Assembly (NCBI GenBank): GCA_049699855.1
Contig: JBNAWM010000046.1
Coordinates: 1-11,504, forward strand
Direction of reading: 5' to 3'
Source: Candidatus Cryosericum sp.
Lineage (GTDB): Bacteria > Caldisericota > Caldisericia > Cryosericales > Cryosericaceae
DNA length: 11,504 nucleotides
Under the pieces are notes generated by a model. That model worked only from the letters and a program-made list of their open reading frames with translations. It was not told the DNA's origin and searched no databases. The position numbers and the translations under genes are program-made. This document shows positions 7,183 to 11,504 of the stretch, piece after piece (the stretch's first letter is position 1; each line of letters begins with the position of its first letter).

Positions 7183-7257
7183 TGGAGCGGAAGACGGGAT
7201 TTGAACCCGCGACACTCGGCTTGGGAAGCCGATGCTCTACCCCTGAGCTACTCCCGC
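7183..7257 (-). tRNA. tRNA-Gly(CCC)
   Basis: GCGGGAGTAGCTCAGGGGTAGAGCATCGGCTTCCCAAGCCGA...GGTTCAAATCCCGTCTTCCGCTCCA; anticodon loop TT-CCC-AA. Confidence 0.97.
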
Positions 7258-7275
7258 TCAATCATGTACACGTTT

Positions 7276-7304
7276 ATTCTACTCGCTGGCGAGGCTTCTG
7301 TCAA
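7276..7304 (-). promoter_or_regulatory. Strong sigma70 promoter for the tRNA cluster
   Basis: TTGACA (7304-7299), 17 nt, TAGAAT (7281-7276). The -35 box contains the yqeK TGA stop. Confidence 0.85.
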
Positions 7305-7909
7305 GGCTGAACAGCGTGCACGGTGCCTGCCGGGACGAGACGGCTAAAGTAGGCCGCAGCTGCTGCGGTGTGCTTGTCCACCGGCATGCCCTTGTGTTCG
7401 AGGTAAGCCACCGTCTGATTCAGCGCCAGAAGCATGGAGGCCTCCAGGCTCTGATACAGCAGAGCTCGGACATTCCCGACGCCTGCGAAGTTCCGGTTTG
7501 GTTCGCAATAATCCGCGAGGAAGATGATCATCGCAAGGCGGTCCATGCCAGGGGCGCCCGTCGTATGAAAGGCAATGGCGTGAAGGATCTCGGGGTCCGA
7601 GATGCCATAGTCCTTGGCGGCAATGACCGCCCCGGCCGGAGCGTGAAGGACGAGCGGAGCGGGCGTCGAGGCCAGGTCAAGGACCACAGGATCATCGGAT
7701 GCGCTCGCCAGCGCGGCCAGATGGAGCGGTGATTCCTCTCTGGCGACATCGTGCAGAAGGGCGGCGATGTCGGCTTTGTCCTCGGACTCTCCCCAGGAGC
7801 GGGCCAGCCTGGCAGCCAGGGCGTCCACCCGCAACGTGTGCTCCATGCGTCTGGGACTGATGCGGCTTGCGATCGATGCGAGGAGCTTCGCCCTCTCCTC
7901 TGGCTTCAT
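7301..7909 (-). CDS. yqeK: HD-domain Ap4A hydrolase, YqeK family
   Basis: RMEHTLRV...AALLHDVAR...LHAPAGA...AIAFHTTG...IIFLADYCEPNR. Start at ATG 7909, 1 nt after the nadD stop. Confidence 0.92.
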   Translation of the reverse strand: MKPEERAKLLASIASRISPRRMEHTLRVDALAARLARSWGESEDKADIAALLHDVAREESPLHLAALASASDDPVVLDLASTPAPLVLHAPAGAVIAAKDYGISDPEILHAIAFHTTGAPGMDRLAMIIFLADYCEPNRNFAGVGNVRALLYQSLEASMLLALNQTVAYLEHKGMPVDKHTAAAAAYFSRLVPAGTVHAVQP

Positions 7910-7910
7910 G

Positions 7911-8519
7911 TCAGCAGGCCGTGCCAGAGGGCGGCGCCTGCCGGTACAGGCCGTGCTCTGCGATGTAGGAGGCCACTTCCGGCGGGACGAGGCCCTCAAT
8001 GGGCAGTCTCTGCCGTACCCGAGCGCGGACAATGCTGGAGGAAAGGCTGTCAAATGGATTCACGTCAAGAAGACGCCTTGCCGGAATGTCAGAGTGTATC
8101 GCGGGGTCCAGCCCGGCACGCGGCACAAACCACAATTCGACCTTGGCAAGGATGTCCTGGTATCTGTGCCAGCGCGGGAAGCTGACGAGCTGGTCCTCTC
8201 CCAGAAGCAGCACGGGCTTCTCCTCGCCAAGCTTGGGAGCAAGCAGGGCAAGCGTGTCCACAAAGTACGAGGGGTGCGGCTCGTGCCGCAGTTCAACGTC
8301 TGAGATGAGGACATCGGGTCGGTTGCCGAACGCAAGGCGCAGCATGGCAACACGGTCTGCGTCGGCAGCGGAGAGATCCTTGTCGAAGTCCGGATTGGGG
8401 ACGCCGGTGGGGATCAAGACAAGGGTTGCGGGTGCCAGCAGACGAAGAGCTTCATGGCCAATGAAGACGTGACCAGCATGAACGGGGTCGAAGGCTCCCC
8501 CGTACAGCACGATCTTCAT
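7911..8519 (-). CDS. nadD: Nicotinate-nucleotide adenylyltransferase
   Basis: YGGAFDPVHAGH (HxGH), SYFVDTL, LLGED..W, LSSSIVR; ATGA overlap with obgE. Confidence 0.95.
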   Translation of the reverse strand: MKIVLYGGAFDPVHAGHVFIGHEALRLLAPATLVLIPTGVPNPDFDKDLSAADADRVAMLRLAFGNRPDVLISDVELRHEPHPSYFVDTLALLAPKLGEEKPVLLLGEDQLVSFPRWHRYQDILAKVELWFVPRAGLDPAIHSDIPARRLLDVNPFDSLSSSIVRARVRQRLPIEGLVPPEVASYIAEHGLYRQAPPSGTAC

Positions 8520-9817
8520 CGCTTCTTCGGCAGGTCTTCCCCCAGAGTGAAGATGCGGCCGCCGATCATGACGTTCTGGCCATCGCGGGCCCCCTTCTTG
8601 CGAAGGGCCTTCTCGACACCGATCTTCCGCATCCTCTGGTCCAGCAGGTTGACCTGGAATGGCTTCCCAAAATCAGTCGTGTGGACAATGCGGTCCAAGT
8701 ACCGTCCCGAAGCCGACAGCATTCCGTCAGGAAGACGGGTGATCTCGAAGGTCTCGTCGGACGCCTTCAGGCGGTAGACACGCGTCACGGGTTCGCGTGG
8801 TGGCAGAGGGGTCTGCTGAACCAGCTCGATCGCTCTCTCGATCACACTGTCAATTCCCCGGCCTTGCAGGGCGGAGATCATCAGTGCGTCGATGCCCTGG
8901 TGGGCAAAACGCGTATGAATCCCAGTGCGCTTCTGAGGAGAAATTGTATCGATCTTGTTGACGGCGACAAAACTGGTCTTGCCGGCAAGGTCCGGGCTGT
9001 ACTGCTCAAGCTCGCGCTTCAGCAGTTCGTATGCGCGAAGAGGGTCGGGATCCGGGGAGCTGCCATCCACAAGAAACAGCAGGACGCGGCTTCGCTCGAT
9101 GTGGGCCAGGAACTTGTTGCCAAGGCCGCGGCCGTCGGCGGCTCCTTCAACCAGCCCCGGAATGTCAGCAAACGTTACCCTTCTGCCATCGGGGGAGAAG
9201 GCTACGCCAAGATTGGGCGACAGCGTCGTAAACGCGTAGTCGGCTATCTTGGGATGAGCAGACGAAAGCTTGCTCAGCAACGTGCTCTTGCCTGCGTTGG
9301 GAAAGCCCACCAGACCGACGTCGGCCAGGACCTTGAGGCGCAGACGGATGCGACGCTCCTGCGCTGGAATGCCTTCTTCGGAATAGCGTGGCGCACGGTC
9401 GACCGATGTAGCGAATGCCGCATTACCCCTGCCGCCGTTTCCGCCACGAGCGACAATGACCCGCTCGCCTTCGTCGACCAGGTCGGCAAGTACCTCGCCG
9501 CTGGTGATATCCGTGAGGACGGTGCCGAGGGGAACGTAGATGGTCAGGTCCTCTCCGTTACTGCCGTGCTTGTTGCGGCCAGCGCCCGGCTCGCCAGCCT
9601 GGGCCTTGAAGGTGCGCTTGGTGGCAAAGAACTGCAAGCTGGAGTATCGATCCCTGGCTTCGATGATGACATCTCCGCCCTTGCCGCCATCCCCGCCGTC
9701 GGGTCCACCTTTCTCGACATATTTTTCACGGCGGAAACTCATAGCTCCGTTTCCGCCGTGACCAGAAATGACCCGGATGACAACTTCGTCAAGAATTCGG
9801 TCTTCTGAATCTCTGAT
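8516..9817 (-). CDS. obgE: GTPase ObgE/CgtA; start proposed at non-canonical ATC (9817), 433 aa
   Basis: Gly-rich Obg fold, GFPNAGKS, FTT, DIPG, NKID, ISA and a C-terminal OCT-type domain. The conserved ILDEVVIRVISGHGGNG lies upstream of the first ATG (9742). Gene identity is secure; the exact start is inferred. Confidence 0.95.
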   Translation of the reverse strand: MRDSEDRILDEVVIRVISGHGGNGAMSFRREKYVEKGGPDGGDGGKGGDVIIEARDRYSSLQFFATKRTFKAQAGEPGAGRNKHGSNGEDLTIYVPLGTVLTDITSGEVLADLVDEGERVIVARGGNGGRGNAAFATSVDRAPRYSEEGIPAQERRIRLRLKVLADVGLVGFPNAGKSTLLSKLSSAHPKIADYAFTTLSPNLGVAFSPDGRRVTFADIPGLVEGAADGRGLGNKFLAHIERSRVLLFLVDGSSPDPDPLRAYELLKRELEQYSPDLAGKTSFVAVNKIDTISPQKRTGIHTRFAHQGIDALMISALQGRGIDSVIERAIELVQQTPLPPREPVTRVYRLKASDETFEITRLPDGMLSASGRYLDRIVHTTDFGKPFQVNLLDQRMRKIGVEKALRKKGARDGQNVMIGGRIFTLGEDLPKKR

Positions 9818-9837
9818 AGGAATACTCCTTTGGAATC

Positions 9838-10134
9838 CTAGTTGGGCTGTTCAGACGACGGAGCTTCTGAAACGGGAGGCTCGGCGACTGGAAGCACATG
9901 CACGCGCTTCACGGTCTTGAGGGACTCGAATTTCACTGTTCCGTCGACGACGGCAAACAACGTATAATCCCGACCCATCATAACGCCGGTGCCGGGCTTG
10001 AAGTGCTCGCCACGCTGGCGGACAATGATATTGCCAGAGCGAACCATTTGACCATCGTACAGCTTGACGCCGAGATATTGCGGGTTGCTGTCCCGCCCGT
10101 TCCGTGACTTACCGCCAGCTTTCTTGTGTGCCAT
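9838..10134 (-). CDS. rpmA: 50S ribosomal protein L27
   Basis: [24 protein letters not shown]...IIVRQRG...[16 protein letters not shown]-like sequence upstream. Confidence 0.98.
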   Translation of the reverse strand: MAHKKAGGKSRNGRDSNPQYLGVKLYDGQMVRSGNIIVRQRGEHFKPGTGVMMGRDYTLFAVVDGTVKFESLKTVKRVHVLPVAEPPVSEAPSSEQPN

Positions 10135-10149
10135 TGTTCACCACCCCTC

Positions 10150-10458
10150 TTACCCGATCTCCGTGATCTTCACGTAGGTCGATGTCTGCCTGTGCCCGAT
10201 GAGCTTCTTGTGTGTTGTCTTGTTCTTGTAGGTGAAGACGCGGACTTTGCGGTCACGTGCCGTGCGAACGATGGTACCCGTGACCCTGGCGTCGGCGACA
10301 TATGGCTTGCCAATCTGGGTTCCGGCGTCGGTAGCGAGAATCAGAACTTTGTCGAACACAACCTCAGCACCGGGATCGCGGGCGATTTTTTCCATCTTGA
10401 CGGTCTCGCCGACCTCGACCCGATACTGCCTTCCTGCTGCTTCAATGACAGCGTGCAT
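10150..10458 (-). CDS. rplU: 50S ribosomal protein L21
   Basis: [14 protein letters not shown]...IGKPYV...GHRQ; ATG 10458 with GGAGG SD 6 nt upstream. Confidence 0.97.
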   Translation of the reverse strand: MHAVIEAAGRQYRVEVGETVKMEKIARDPGAEVVFDKVLILATDAGTQIGKPYVADARVTGTIVRTARDRKVRVFTYKNKTTHKKLIGHRQTSTYVKITEIG

Positions 10459-10525
10459 AGAGTACCTCCACAAGGAATTGCTCGGTCGAGGCGGCCTCGC
10501 GGCACTTTGGGAACCTGACCAATGC
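10459..10525 (-). promoter_or_regulatory. Structured 5' leader of the rplU operon (candidate r-protein autoregulatory leader)
   Basis: UUGGUC/GACCGA stem with AGG/CCU extension enclosing a GCC-GCGA-GGC GNRA hairpin, directly before the SD. Confidence 0.45.
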
Positions 10526-10531
10526 GAAGAA

Positions 10532-10559
10532 AGTATACGGCGTTCGGGGCTCCTGTCAA
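10532..10559 (-). promoter_or_regulatory. Strong sigma70 promoter for the rplU-rpmA-obgE-nadD-yqeK operon
   Basis: TTGACA (10559-10554), 16 nt, TATACT (10537-10532). Confidence 0.85.
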
Positions 10560-10570
10560 CTGTTCAGAGC

Positions 10571-10598
10571 TTGAAATCGGGGCTCTCCCGAGTACTAT
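10571..10598 (+). promoter_or_regulatory. Sigma70 promoter for pth-mfd, probably leaderless
   Basis: TTGAAA (10571-10576), 16 nt, TACTAT (10593-10598); GTG start 7 nt downstream with no SD. Confidence 0.7.
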
Positions 10599-10605
10599 GC
10601 CATGT

Positions 10606-11205
10606 GTGAAAACGTATATGATAGCAGGGCTGGGCAATCCCGGTGCAGAATATGATGGAACTCGCCACAACGTTGGATTCATGGCTGTCGATGCGATAGC
10701 TCATTCCTTCAAGATCCGGCGCTTCAACCACAACCGGCTGGCAGACTGGGCTGCGGCGGACCTGTCACTGTGTGACGAGCCGGATCTCGTCCGAGTCGTG
10801 CTGGTGAAGCCGCGCACCTTCATGAACACTTCTGGCGTTGCGCTGGCGCCGATGTTGAAGGAGCGGGGGATCCCTCTCGAGAATCTCATTGTCATTCACG
10901 ATGAGATGGACCTTCCCGTAGGGAATGTGCGGATAAGCTTCAATGCGTCGGCAGCCGGGCACAACGGGGTGCGGTCGATCATTGACAATTGTCAGGACAA
11001 GGGGTTTGTGCGTGTACGCATCGGCATCGCCAAGCCGCGCAGTAAAGCAGGGACGATAGACTTTGTCCTGGCGCGCTTCTCGCGCTCCGAGGAGGAAACC
11101 ATCATCCCCATTCTTGCCAGGACGACAGACATCGCCCGCACCATCATCTGCAGCGGGCTGGTGGCTGCCCAGTCCATGTTCAATCAGCGCGCGGCCAAAG
11201 ACTGA
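10606..11205 (+). CDS. pth: Peptidyl-tRNA hydrolase
   Basis: AGLGNPG..Y..TRHNVGF, KP.TFMN.SG, HDEMDL, AGHNGVRS, RVRIGI. Start placed at GTG 10606 from the usual family N-terminus length. Confidence 0.96.
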   Translation: MKTYMIAGLGNPGAEYDGTRHNVGFMAVDAIAHSFKIRRFNHNRLADWAAADLSLCDEPDLVRVVLVKPRTFMNTSGVALAPMLKERGIPLENLIVIHDEMDLPVGNVRISFNASAAGHNGVRSIIDNCQDKGFVRVRIGIAKPRSKAGTIDFVLARFSRSEEETIIPILARTTDIARTIICSGLVAAQSMFNQRAAKD

Positions 11206-11504
11206 TGCAGTCAGGTTCCTTTGATCTTCTGCTTGAGCATCTGCGCGCGGGCAGTCCAGAGTTCTTTACTGGCCTTGCGCGTCTGGCGGAGCGTGGCGGG
11301 ACTGTTGCTGTTTCCACCCCTTCGGCTGGCTACCGGCAGATGCTGGTGGCGGCTGGAGCGGCTGTTGGGCCACTGCCTCTGGTGGTTGTCTGTCCCAGTC
11401 TCGACCGTGCCGAAGAACTCTCTTCGATAGTCCGTGGACTTCTAGGCGACCGGGCGGGGACGCGGCCCCTCGTGGTCCTGCCGGAGCTGGGCGTTGAGCC
11501 GATG
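11205..11504 (+). CDS. mfd: Probable transcription-repair coupling factor, N-terminal 100 codons (runs off window)
   Basis: Not in the ORF track. ATG overlaps the pth stop (TGATG) and the frame is open to the end: MQSGSFDLLLEHL...PLPLVVVCPSLDRAEELSSIVRGLLG...LVVLPELGVEPM. This resembles the Mfd UvrB-homology N-terminus, and pth-mfd is a known gene order. Confidence 0.7.
   Translation, partial: MQSGSFDLLLEHLRAGSPEFFTGLARLAERGGTVAVSTPSAGYRQMLVAAGAAVGPLPLVVVCPSLDRAEELSSIVRGLLGDRAGTRPLVVLPELGVEPM

Noticed and set aside
6689..7347. ORFs spanning the tRNA cluster (6689-7117, 6829-7077, 7105-7347)
   Set aside because: Translations of tRNA genes or of the GNAT antisense strand, not proteins.
8681..9808. 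375-aa plus-strand ORF and other long antisense ORFs (713-1462, 2228-3097, 3702-4436, 5927-6676)
   Set aside because: All lie opposite well-supported genes; long shadow ORFs are expected at this GC content.
9818..9853. Programmed frameshift fusing L27 to ObgE
   Set aside because: No slippery sequence in the few shared open codons, and a well-spaced SD plus ATC explains obgE more simply.
10522..10605. Long N-terminal extensions given by the ORF track for pth (also trpS, scpB, yqeK, rplU)
   Set aside because: They overlap promoters or neighbouring genes and have no family similarity; downstream starts fit SD or promoter geometry better.

Overview
GC-rich bacterial chromosomal window of mostly housekeeping genes; no mobile element, CRISPR array or defence locus is visible. 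Left to right: a partial DUF2344/TIGR03936-type gene (-); a site-2 protease-trpS-scpA-scpB operon (+); an ABC-F ATPase (-) divergent from a YghO/bCerS-like GNAT acyltransferase (+); a tRNA Gly(CCC)-Cys(GCA)-Leu(TAA) cluster (-); the rplU-rpmA-obgE-nadD-yqeK operon (-); then pth and a partial probable mfd (+). The best oddities are regulatory or subtle. obgE has no ATG/GTG/TTG ahead of its conserved N-terminus and apparently starts at ATC behind a strong Shine-Dalgarno. TrpRS carries a 3Cys-1His variant of the Fe-S-binding motif. The ABC-F/GNAT intergenic region is densely structured and shares exact 10- and 11-bp motifs with the rplU/pth divergent promoter. Several starts look leaderless, and most promoters have 16-bp spacers. 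All protein identifications are by motif recognition only; no database search was run.
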